DNA of 19,054 bases from Gemmatimonadota bacterium (lineage in GTDB: Bacteria; Gemmatimonadota; Gemmatimonadetes; Longimicrobiales; RSA9): NCBI GenBank assembly GCA_040905425.1, contig JBBDRO010000090.1:1-19054 (forward strand), in the 5' to 3' direction. The translations under genes were made by a program, and so were the position numbers. Below the pieces are notes generated by a model. The model saw nothing but the letters and a program-made list of their open reading frames with translations. It ran no database searches and was not told where the DNA came from. This document shows positions 1-7,390 of this stretch, piece by piece (the stretch's first letter is position 1; every line of letters begins with the position of its first letter).

Positions 1-2
1 CC

Positions 3-53
3 GGCTCGGAAGGGGCCACGGTGGTGGAGCGGCGGGTGTGGCTGCGGAGGTAG
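3..53 (+). CDS. Possible 3' end of an upstream CDS (...GSEGATVVERRVWLRR*)
   Basis: Open frame from the window edge to TAG at 51-53 with G/C-ending codons; too short to identify. Confidence 0.3.
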   Translation, partial: GSEGATVVERRVWLRR

Positions 54-199
54 TATGCTACCGGAACCACGCCCGGCCTCCCTCTGGAGAGTGAGGAGCC
101 CGTATACCTCACCACTTCGCGCTGGCGCGGCGCCGGTTCCCAGCTTTACCTCGTCGCGGAACGTCAGCCGAACCAGCGGTGTCCGCCGAAGGCGAGCCC

Positions 200-631
200 T
201 CAACCGCTCAGCTCCTCGGCAAACCGACCCTCGATGAGGCGTACGAATTCGTCCGGATCATCGAGTGAACCGCGCAGGACCTGAATCACCCGCACCTCAT
301 CCACGTCGGCATAGAGGTGGACCAGCACGTTCCGGAAGCGGGACATGGCCATCAGGCGATCCGCCAGTTCCGCCGGGACGATGCCTTCGTCGCGCAGCAC
401 CCGGAAGATGTCAGCGTAGCTACCCGGAGGTTCAAATCCCTCGGAACTGATGACGTGGCTCCCGAGGTCCACAACCGTCTCGATGGCCAGCAGAAGGTAG
501 TGCTGCAGGCCGCCCATGACGGCGAAGTCGTTACGCAGTTCATCATCCGTGCGCTCCGCCAGTTCGGCCAGGAAGCCTCGGTAGCGCCTGTAATGGCCGA
601 GCAGAGCGCGTGCCTTCTGGGGATCAACCAC
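200..631 (-). CDS. hepT: HepT-like HEPN ribonuclease toxin (DUF86 family), type VII TA
   Basis: 143 aa with the RX4HXY motif (FRNVLVHLY) and a P.SYADIF..L segment; start overlaps the stop of the upstream MNT gene. Confidence 0.9.
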   Translation of the reverse strand: MVDPQKARALLGHYRRYRGFLAELAERTDDELRNDFAVMGGLQHYLLLAIETVVDLGSHVISSEGFEPPGSYADIFRVLRDEGIVPAELADRLMAMSRFRNVLVHLYADVDEVRVIQVLRGSLDDPDEFVRLIEGRFAEELSG

Positions 632-1055
632 GGGTCAACCCCTCACGGGCGTCTCGCTCCAGGAGGGGGAGGAAGTCAAAGTAGAGCCGGCGCGTCGCGA
701 CCTCGAACTCCACACGCAAGGATGCGTTACGCTCGAAGACCAGCACCCCCTCCGTGACCACCCGCCCGAGCACCGGCAGCGGCAAGTGATCCACCAGGTG
801 GGCGTCCACCTCCATCCGGGAGTCGAGGCATTCCTCCAGACGAACGGCCAGGGTCTCGGCGAACAGCGGACCCGGTCGGGCACCAGGATGCAGCAGGAGC
901 GCCAGATCCAGATCGCTTCCCTCGTGCGCCGAGCCGCGGGCTCGCGACCCGTAGGCATAAACGGCGGCCAGGTCGGGCAGCGTTCGAGCCACCTGGGTCA
1001 GGCCATCGCGCACGTCGCCGAGGTACGGCGCCGGTTCGGAGCGGCGTGTGGTCAT
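624..1055 (-). CDS. mntA: MntA-like minimal nucleotidyltransferase antitoxin
   Basis: C-terminal part of ORF 624..1967 from ATG 1055 (MTTRRSEP); GSX10DXD motif (YGSRARGSAHEGSDLD), EVD...L and V..EG.LVFER; alternative ATG at 1073. Confidence 0.88.
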   Translation of the reverse strand: MTTRRSEPAPYLGDVRDGLTQVARTLPDLAAVYAYGSRARGSAHEGSDLDLALLLHPGARPGPLFAETLAVRLEECLDSRMEVDAHLVDHLPLPVLGRVVTEGVLVFERNASLRVEFEVATRRLYFDFLPLLERDAREGLTRG

Positions 1056-1133
1056 GGAACAATGATAGGGCATGGAGAGCCATTTGCCACGTCCGGGGTC
1101 CAGTTGTTGGAAGCTTCCGGTCGCATTATGTTC

Positions 1134-1154
1134 ATCTAGCCAGACTGGACAGAT
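1134..1154. promoter_or_regulatory. Imperfect inverted repeat, probable autoregulatory operator of the phd-vapC operon
   Basis: ATCTAGCCAG-A-CTGGACAGAT, 12 bp upstream of the antitoxin ATG in a divergent intergenic region. Confidence 0.5.
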
Positions 1155-1166
1155 TGTGAGGCAGCC

Positions 1167-1424
1167 ATGACATCCTGGAAGCTCGAAGACGCCAAGAACC
1201 AATTCAGCGAGGTCGTGCGGCGTGCGTTGGATCACGAGCCGCAACTCGTGACGCGCCACGGTCGCAATGCGGTGGTCGTACTGAGCGCGGAGGATTACGA
1301 GCGCCTGACGGCGGCCACCGGCCTGTTGGACTTCCTGCGCGATTCCCCCTTTGCACGCGCCCTGGCCGCGGGGGACCTCGATCTCGAGCGCCAGCAGGAC
1401 TACGGACGCAGCGTGGAGCTCTGA
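1167..1424 (+). CDS. Phd/YefM family antitoxin
   Basis: 85 aa; WKLEDAKNQFSEVVRRA...PQLVTRHGRNAVVVLSAEDYERL matches the Phd/YefM N-terminal pattern; GAGG RBS. Confidence 0.92.
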   Translation: MTSWKLEDAKNQFSEVVRRALDHEPQLVTRHGRNAVVVLSAEDYERLTAATGLLDFLRDSPFARALAAGDLDLERQQDYGRSVEL

Positions 1425-1430
1425 AGCAAG

Positions 1431-1865
1431 GTGCGCTATCTGCTCGACACGAACGTGCTGTCGGAGGCCGCCAGGCCGGAGCCGGCACAGGGTGTGGTGG
1501 CCTTCCTGCAGACTACGACCCCCCTCGACCTTGCCATCAGCGTGCTTACGGTGGGTGAGATCCGTCAGGGGATCGTCCAGCTGGCCTCCGGGCGGCGTCG
1601 GCGCGAGCTGCAAAAATGGCTGTCCGTGGATCTGCTGCGGCAGTTCAGCGGGCGTGTGCTGCCTGTGGATGAGGCGGTTGCGCTCGCGTGGGGGCGCCTG
1701 GCGGCCGAGGGTCGCGCGGCGGGGCGCCGGTTGCCGGTCATCGATGGTCTGCTGCTCGCAACCGCTCAAGTGCATGCCCTGACTTTCGTCACGCGCAATG
1801 TTGGGGATTGTGGTGGGCGAGACGTGGAGGTGCTGGATCCGTGGGCAGGTGAGGGGGATGGGTAG
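1431..1865 (+). CDS. vapC: VapC family PIN-domain ribonuclease toxin
   Basis: YLLDTNVLSE, SVLTVGEI..G, VIDGLLLATA, LTFVTRNV.D and DPW motifs; 6 bp after the antitoxin. Confidence 0.93.
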   Translation: MRYLLDTNVLSEAARPEPAQGVVAFLQTTTPLDLAISVLTVGEIRQGIVQLASGRRRRELQKWLSVDLLRQFSGRVLPVDEAVALAWGRLAAEGRAAGRRLPVIDGLLLATAQVHALTFVTRNVGDCGGRDVEVLDPWAGEGDG

Positions 1866-1893
1866 AGCGTGCCGGTTTCGTAGGAAGGTCGCT

Positions 1894-1984
1894 GGAGGAG
1901 CCGCTGGAGGTGATGGGCGTCGTCGCTTGTAAGAAACGGGCTCCCTATCTGCCCAGCAGGAACGCAACCAATCCTGCCGGGAGC
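1894..1984. repeat. Direct repeat copy 1 (91 bp; last ~13 codons of the ATPase gene plus downstream DNA)
   Basis: Aligns ungapped to 4415-4505 with 4 mismatches by manual comparison. Confidence 0.95.
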
Positions 1985-3363
1985 GCCCAGCCGCCCTCGT
2001 GCTCCTGTGTTCCGGAGCGCGTGGCTACAATGCCCATGCGCCTGCCCGAGGCTTCGATGGTCTGAAAGGCGCGGCCCCAGCCACGATCCACGAACTTCGA
2101 CTCCACGCAGGTTCGAGGAAAGGCCGGCGAGACGAAGTCAATTTCCGCCCGGGTCCTGGAGCGATAGTACAGGAGGCTGTCGTGACGTACGGCGGCTCCA
2201 GGCGTCTCTTCCTCTAACGCCCGCAGGAGCGCCAACGCAATCTGCTGTTCGGAAATAGCCGTTATGTCAGGCGCACTACCGGCGCCGAACTCCGCTGCCA
2301 GCCGGGCCAGGCGCGGATCGGTAAAATACCACTTGGCTTGTGATTGCGGTCTTGGCGCCAGCCCCTGTTCCCTGTAGACCGGAAAGGCCAGGAACGCGCG
2401 CCCAAGAGCATCGAGTCGAGCCCCGGCCGTTGCGTGGCCCACGTTCATGGCGGCGGCCAATCCCTGCACCGAGTAGAGCGAACCGAGAGACGCGGTGATG
2501 GACCGGAGCATGGCTTGCGTCTGGGTGGGAGCCAGATTCGAACCATCGAGAGCGTCTCCGTGAATTACATCCCATAGCGCATCGCGCAGTGCCACGTGGC
2601 CGGCCGTTCCGGGTGCGCGGAGTTCAAGTTCGACGGCCTGAGGATAACCTCCAATCAGCAGGTACCGATCCCACGCTTCGATCATTTCCGTTAGCCACGG
2701 CCGTACCTCCGCGACTGCAGCTCTGATCACTTCCGGGTCACCGAGGCTGGTCGGAGCAAGACACGGAGCCGCTGGCAGGTCGATTCCAAGGGCTCTGCAG
2801 ACGTCCGTGAACCCCATCTGGAACAGGGTACGGTCACTGCGCTCCGTGTGCCTTCGCCCCGCCAGGTGCTTGCGCGCCGCCTCGAAATTTGCGGCGGAGG
2901 AGCCCGTGAGGATCACCGTGTCTGCGGAGAAATGCGGGTGGCTGTCACGCAGGCGCTTGATGGTCTCGGGCCAGGGACCCTCAATAGCAGTGATCTCGTC
3001 GATTACCCAGAGACGCTCCCCGGGCTCTCCCTGAAGCCAGGTCGTGGCGCCCCTGCGCACAATATCGACCACGTCCTGGGCGGTGCGGCCCTCTACCCAC
3101 ACGTGCAGGATTGTCCGGGGGGCGGTTCCGGCGGCCAGGCGTCGCGCGATGAGCTTCTTGAGCGCTGTGGACTTTCCTACGCGACGGGGTCCACGGAGAA
3201 TGTAGAGTCCGCCGGCGGCCAGGTCATCAAGAGGCCGGGGGTCGTAATCCAGAACGGATTCTCTGGCCCTTCGGAGTTGCACATCCGAGGCCTGCCAGCT
3301 GCCTGGATCACGCCACCAGGGGTTTGCGGCGATGAGTTCCCGATCGATCTCGTTGGATTGCAT
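1945..3363 (-). CDS. ATP-binding protein, AAA_14 + DUF4143 family
   Basis: NPWW near the N-terminus, Walker A GPRRVGKST, Walker B WVIDEI, LTGSS, YLLIGGYP, HTH-like SVQGLAAAMNVGHATA, KWYFTDP, C-terminal EIDFV...VESK; ATG 3363 preferred over TTG 3375. Confidence 0.9.
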   Translation of the reverse strand: MQSNEIDRELIAANPWWRDPGSWQASDVQLRRARESVLDYDPRPLDDLAAGGLYILRGPRRVGKSTALKKLIARRLAAGTAPRTILHVWVEGRTAQDVVDIVRRGATTWLQGEPGERLWVIDEITAIEGPWPETIKRLRDSHPHFSADTVILTGSSAANFEAARKHLAGRRHTERSDRTLFQMGFTDVCRALGIDLPAAPCLAPTSLGDPEVIRAAVAEVRPWLTEMIEAWDRYLLIGGYPQAVELELRAPGTAGHVALRDALWDVIHGDALDGSNLAPTQTQAMLRSITASLGSLYSVQGLAAAMNVGHATAGARLDALGRAFLAFPVYREQGLAPRPQSQAKWYFTDPRLARLAAEFGAGSAPDITAISEQQIALALLRALEEETPGAAVRHDSLLYYRSRTRAEIDFVSPAFPRTCVESKFVDRGWGRAFQTIEASGRRMGIVATRSGTQEHEGGWALPAGLVAFLLGR

Positions 3364-3376
3364 GGCGGATATCAAC

Positions 3377-3426
3377 GATAAGTGTACTTATCTCTCAGAT
3401 AACGGAAATATAAGTATACATATTTC
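3377..3426. promoter_or_regulatory. AT-rich promoter region of the ATPase with two related palindromic boxes
   Basis: GATAAGT-GT-ACTTATC (3377-3392) and ATAAGTATACATAT (3410-3423), 12/14 identical and 32 bp apart; the second lies inside GAAATAT...ATATTTC arms. Confidence 0.6.
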
Positions 3427-3600
3427 ACAGCGCAAGGGTGCGCCCTTTGTCTGCCCACCTCATCCGATCACGGCACTCCGTGGCAGGCCGGCATCCGAGT
3501 TCGTGCGCTCAGAATCGTCGTCTGCAGGGCATCCGCGCCAGATCTTCGGGAGAGAGTGCGTCAGAATATCGGGAACTACAGGGCCGGACCCGCGGGCCTA

Positions 3601-3984
3601 TCAGGGCTTCCCCTGTAGGTGGGCTATTGTTGCAGTAACGAATTCGTCCGCCTGGTCGATCAGTTGCCCAGCGTCCTCGCTACTGATCTCGACATCCGCA
3701 TCGTAGACGGTTTTCTGGCGGGTTCGGAACGCATCGAGCATCCATCGATGAAACTTCGGGTCCAGCACGCGGGTCTTGGCGTATTCCCTCCCAAACGCGC
3801 CATGCACTGCTCCGTGGCTGCTGAAATTCAGCTCCCGCGCCAGGAGGAGGGCTTCGGCCACGTGAAACATTGCGTAATACGCCCGATCGGCGGCGAGTCC
3901 CGCCTCACCGGCCTCGAGGTCGCGACGCGCGCCTGCGAGCGCCTTGACAGCCTTCGTCACGCGGATATCGGGTGCGCCTGTCAA
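3601..3984 (-). CDS. HEPN domain protein (RAYYA.F-type), partner of the upstream MNT
   Basis: DRAYYAMFHVAEALL...SSHGAVHGAFG...AFRTRQKTVYD; TTG start 3984 overlaps the TGA of the MNT gene (TTGA). Confidence 0.88.
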   Translation of the reverse strand: MTGAPDIRVTKAVKALAGARRDLEAGEAGLAADRAYYAMFHVAEALLLARELNFSSHGAVHGAFGREYAKTRVLDPKFHRWMLDAFRTRQKTVYDADVEISSEDAGQLIDQADEFVTATIAHLQGKP

Positions 3985-4331
3985 GCCGCCTGACCTTCGT
4001 CGCGAACGTTCCGCAGGAACGGCGACGCTGGGGATTGCCAATGATTTTCGGTTGTGAAAACGGTGCTGACCGTGAGGTCATGTTCAAGGGAAAGCTCCGC
4101 AGTGTCGTGGCTCGTCCGGAGGATTTCCTGCCAGTAGGAATCAATCCGATCAAGGACTACGAGGACATCCAGATCACTCCCGGGGCGGGCCTCGCCGCGC
4201 GCGTAGGAACCGTACAGGTAGAGCCCGCGAAGCCGCTCACCGTAGGTCCGCTCGAGGCGGGTGCGCAGTGAGGACAGGATGCCGCGCACGGTCTCCGACG
4301 ATTTCGGCTCTAGCCAGGTGTGGTCGCTCAT
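3981..4331 (-). CDS. Minimal nucleotidyltransferase (MNT) domain protein
   Basis: From ATG 4331 (MSDHTW) with GAGAGG RBS; YGERLRGLYLYGSYARGEARPGSDLDVLVVL and PFLRNVRDEG. Confidence 0.9.
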   Translation of the reverse strand: MSDHTWLEPKSSETVRGILSSLRTRLERTYGERLRGLYLYGSYARGEARPGSDLDVLVVLDRIDSYWQEILRTSHDTAELSLEHDLTVSTVFTTENHWQSPASPFLRNVRDEGQAA

Positions 4332-4414
4332 GGTCCTCTCGCCGTAGAATCGCTGAGGAAAGCTACAATCCACGGTGGGTTGAGGCGAGCCCACGAGGTG
4401 CTGACGCTGTAGCG

Positions 4415-4505
4415 GGAGGAGCCGCTGGAGGTGATGGGCGTCGTCGCTTTTGAGAAACGAGCTCCCTATCTGCCCAGCAGGAACGCAATCAATCCTGCCG
4501 GGAGC
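4415..4505. repeat. Direct repeat copy 2 (91 bp)
   Basis: 87/91 identical to 1894-1984; offset 2521 bp. Confidence 0.95.
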
Positions 4506-4670
4506 AGGGTGCGCCCCCTCAGTCTTGCCCGCCTGACGAGGTCCTCGGATGATATGGGCGTCCCCGAGCGTCACGGGAAGGCCATCAAGCAGAGGTGGCT
4601 TCCATGGCACGGGCGCGGCTTGGAACGCGCGTATATGTAGGTCCGTGGCCCGAAGACGCTCCCAACACGG
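4466..4670 (-). pseudogene. Internally deleted remnant of a second AAA_14/DUF4143 ATPase
   Basis: PCWERLRATDLHIRAFQAAPVPWKPPLLDGLPVTLGDAHIIRGPRQAGKT (Walker A at 4521-4544) parallels the N-terminus of 1945..3363; it then jumps in another frame to LPAGLIAFLLGR*, nearly identical to that gene's C-terminus. Confidence 0.75.
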
Positions 4671-4697
4671 ACCCCCCATTCCAGCGGAGAGGCTGCC

Positions 4698-5219
4698 ATG
4701 CGGAACGCCATGCTCGTGACCGCGCTGACCGTGCTACTCTTCGCGCCTCTCCCCGCCTTCGGGCAGGGCGTCACGCAACCGGCCCGTGCCTGGCTGGGGG
4801 TCGGGCTGGGTGGCGGCGGCGGCATGGAAGACGTGGGCGGAGCGGTGTTCATGGCCCAGCTGGTCTACCAGCACTCACCGCACCATCTGGCGGTGCGTGG
4901 GCTCGCGCTCGGGGAGGTCACGAGCGACAGCGGCAGCCCGAACGTGGGGGAACTGGGGCTGCTCTACGGCCGCACGCGCATGGGCTACATGGGCCACGTG
5001 AGCGCGGCGGCGGGCCTGGCGCTCACGGCGTTCGATCCGTGCCCGAACGATGATGATGGGTGCATCATCCTGGGCGTGCCCGTTGTGCTGGATGCCGCGC
5101 TCCGCGTGTTTCCGGTGGCGGGACTCGGCGCGCAGATTTTCGGCAACCTGAACGCCGAGGCCAGCTACGCGGGTCTGGCCGTCTATCTGCAGCTGGGGTG
5201 GCTGCCGGTGCGGCTGTAG
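4698..5219 (+). CDS. Secreted hypothetical protein, probable small outer-membrane beta-barrel
   Basis: Signal peptide (MRNAMLVTALTVLLFAPLPAFG-Q), Gly/aromatic-rich alternating strands, CX6C loop, ends VYLQLGWLPVRL; GGAGAGG RBS. Confidence 0.7.
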   Translation: MRNAMLVTALTVLLFAPLPAFGQGVTQPARAWLGVGLGGGGGMEDVGGAVFMAQLVYQHSPHHLAVRGLALGEVTSDSGSPNVGELGLLYGRTRMGYMGHVSAAAGLALTAFDPCPNDDDGCIILGVPVVLDAALRVFPVAGLGAQIFGNLNAEASYAGLAVYLQLGWLPVRL

Positions 5220-5288
5220 GGCGGAGGACATCTTTGTGGACGATCTACCCGTCCATCCTGAACGGGTGGAGCAACATTATCACCCCCC

Positions 5289-6443
5289 TCAGCCGGCACC
5301 CTCCAGCGTGAGCCCCACGATCTCCAATACCGGGTAGCCGTCCCCCTCCTCGGTGTAGACCGCCACGCTGCCGTCGTCCAGCACTTGATTGGCGTAGCCA
5401 TCGTAGCGGCGGCTGAGCAGCAGTCTGCCGGACCCGGGGTCCCAGACATCGATCACGCTCTGGTAGAGTTCGTGCTCGCCCGGAATCGCGCTCACGGGCA
5501 CGCCGCCCGTTCCCTCCGGTAGCGGCGGGTACGCCTCCCAGGCCGCCCGCCAGTCCTCGCGCGCCACGTGCCCCAGCACCCAGACCCGACCCCGGTCATC
5601 CGTCCAGAGGGCGGCGATGCGGGCGTTCGGCGCGCGCTCCGGACCGCCGCCCATCCCCTGGGAGCCGTCCGGCAGCCAGCTCGGCTCCGGCCGGAGTTCC
5701 TGGAGAACAGTGCCGTCGGCCGCACGGCGTACGAGCCGGTAGGTGCCGGCGCCCGTGGTCCAGACCGAGCCGTCTTCCGCGGCGGCCACCCGGTAGGAGC
5801 GGCTCTCCATGTCCGGGGCCACCGGGCCGAACGGCTCGCCCAGGATGAGTGAGTCCCGCACGACGGCCCGCTCGCCGGAGACATCCATGAGCAGGGCGCG
5901 GGGGACGTAGCGCATCTGATGGTGCGTGGCCGCCACGGTCGTGGGCCAGGCCATGACCGTGGCATCCTGCACCTGCGCCCGCGACATAACGGCGGTGCGC
6001 ACCCAGGCCAGGTCGGGGCCGTAGACGTGCATGCCGCTTCGGGCGTCGAAGATGGCTATGGAATCGGCCACCCGGAGCGCATGGTCGGGGACCTGGAATT
6101 CGCCGGGTCCGGCGCCGGTCAGCCCCACGGTCTGCAGGAACGCCCCGTCGGCCTCGAAGACCATGGCCGGTTGCCGGTGGAAGACCAGCCAGTAGCGGCC
6201 CATGGCGTCCCGCGCCATGCCATTCGGGCCGTGCGGCAGGGCACCGTTGCCCTCGGCCGTGCCGATGCGCGCCAGGGTGCGCGCCTCCAGCGTGCAACCC
6301 GCGCATGCCTCCGCCATGTCGGCCACCCGCGTGAACGGACTCGCCGCGTCCGCGGGCGGCTCGCCGGCGCCGCACGCCGCGAACGCGGGCGCCGCGGCCA
6401 CGAGGAGGAGGAGCGGAAGAAGGTGGCGCGGGGACCGTCGCAT
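5289..6443 (-). CDS. Lipoprotein, probable 6-bladed beta-propeller (NHL-like)
   Basis: Signal with lipobox-like AFAAC, CAGC motif, VFEADGAFLQTVG..GAGPGEF..P repeat signature, DDRGRVWV, IDVWDP.SGRLL; ATG 6443 with GAGG RBS. Confidence 0.8.
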   Translation of the reverse strand: MRRSPRHLLPLLLLVAAAPAFAACGAGEPPADAASPFTRVADMAEACAGCTLEARTLARIGTAEGNGALPHGPNGMARDAMGRYWLVFHRQPAMVFEADGAFLQTVGLTGAGPGEFQVPDHALRVADSIAIFDARSGMHVYGPDLAWVRTAVMSRAQVQDATVMAWPTTVAATHHQMRYVPRALLMDVSGERAVVRDSLILGEPFGPVAPDMESRSYRVAAAEDGSVWTTGAGTYRLVRRAADGTVLQELRPEPSWLPDGSQGMGGGPERAPNARIAALWTDDRGRVWVLGHVAREDWRAAWEAYPPLPEGTGGVPVSAIPGEHELYQSVIDVWDPGSGRLLLSRRYDGYANQVLDDGSVAVYTEEGDGYPVLEIVGLTLEGAG

Positions 6444-6477
6444 AGAACCTCTGGGGGTATCCATTTAACCGGAGGAA

Positions 6478-6551
6478 TGCCCCACATAGCTGCCACGAGG
6501 GGTCAGCCGTTTGGGCGTGACCCCCCGCCTTTAGGCGTGGGGAGCAGTCAC
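6478..6551 (+). mobile_element. IS200/IS605-family right-end-like hairpin remnant (no tnpA or tnpB)
   Basis: CCCCGCC-TTTA-GGCGTGGGG followed by AGCAGTCAC resembles the subterminal palindrome and TCAC end of this IS family; an extra hairpin GGGGTCA-GCC...GGCG-TGACCCC lies upstream. Confidence 0.5.
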
Positions 6552-6919
6552 TGAGAAAGGAAGTCGACCTCGTATGGCTGCATCGGCCAAGCGCCTGTTT
6601 CCTTCCGCTCCTCCACCCAACGCACCAGCGCGTGGGCAATCCGAGCCGGGTCGCGAGGTAGTCTGTGCGTCAGGATCAGCAGGCCCGCATGAGGACTGCT
6701 TGAGGCAAACGCATCATGGGTAGCGGCCAGAAAGTCATCCCGATTGTGCGTGACCATGATTCTTTGGTCCTGGCCCGCGTAGCGAAGATGTACCGGGTCG
6801 TCCTGAGGCAGGGAGGCCTGAGCATCCTTTGCCGAGCGAATGTCGAGCCCCAGAGCCTCCCCCACCTCGGCACATGAATACGGAACGTCCTCGTCAGTAT
6901 AGAACCGAGCCCCTTTCAC
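6548..6919 (-). CDS. DUF5615 family PIN-like protein (VapC45-like toxin)
   Basis: RFYTDEDVP, D..HLRYA....RIMVTHNRDDF and HAGLLIL motifs; GTGA overlap with the upstream DUF433 gene. Confidence 0.85.
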   Translation of the reverse strand: MKGARFYTDEDVPYSCAEVGEALGLDIRSAKDAQASLPQDDPVHLRYAGQDQRIMVTHNRDDFLAATHDAFASSSPHAGLLILTHRLPRDPARIAHALVRWVEERKETGAWPMQPYEVDFLSQ

Positions 6920-7338
6920 GTGCCTATTCTACGCGTGAAGGGCATCTCCTCGGCTACACGCTCAGGTGTCCAGTAGGCCTCGCGCGCAAGGCGTTCATCG
7001 ATCTCCTCAGGGTAGGCACGGTAGTAGGACACAGCGGCTCGCAACTGGTTCTCTGATACCTCGGGATAGGCCTCAACCAGCTCCTCCCAGTTCTCTCCTG
7101 ACTCCTTCCAGGTCGCAACCACCTCCCAGACCTCCAGTCCTGAGAAGGCGATTGCTGGTCGGCGTTCGTTGCGTCTCTGGACGAACACGATGCCAGGGAC
7201 TCTCGCCGAGCGCAGAGCCTCCTCAATCAAGGAAATCGCGCCCTTGGACCAATCACGCTCTCCACGGAACTGAATCTCTCGGCTGATCTCGCGGTCCAGT
7301 TGCTCGGGGACGCGAAGGCTGTGTTGAATCGACGACAT
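6916..7338 (-). CDS. DUF433 domain antitoxin with N-terminal RHH-like DNA-binding segment
   Basis: SLRVPEQLDREI N-terminus; PGIVF....RRPAIAFSGLEVWEVV and QLRAAVSYYRAYPEEIDERL; ATG 7338 with GGAG RBS (alternative ATG 7353). Confidence 0.85.
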   Translation of the reverse strand: MSSIQHSLRVPEQLDREISREIQFRGERDWSKGAISLIEEALRSARVPGIVFVQRRNERRPAIAFSGLEVWEVVATWKESGENWEELVEAYPEVSENQLRAAVSYYRAYPEEIDERLAREAYWTPERVAEEMPFTRRIGT

Positions 7339-7368
7339 AGCAGGCTCCAGCATGGGTGCGTCGTAAAC

Positions 7369-7390
7369 CACTGTATTACAGTGTAATGCA
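7369..7390. promoter_or_regulatory. Overlapping palindromes, probable operator/promoter of the DUF433-DUF5615 operon
   Basis: CACTGTA-T-TACAGTG (7369-7383) overlapping ATTACA-G-TGTAAT. Confidence 0.6.

Noticed and set aside
58..199. Possible minus-strand gene remnant (RLTFRDEVKL...GEVYGLLTLQRE)
   Set aside because: Looks protein-like but has no start or recognisable family; cannot be supported
1056..1967. 447-aa ORF 624..1967 as a single protein
   Set aside because: The N-terminal ~300 aa are the antisense shadow of phd-vapC; only the MNT part from ~1055 has family motifs
4332..4679. 232-aa ORF 3981..4679 as an ATPase-MNT fusion
   Set aside because: The Walker A fragment is a truncated remnant that happens to be in frame; the MNT has its own RBS and ATG at 4331
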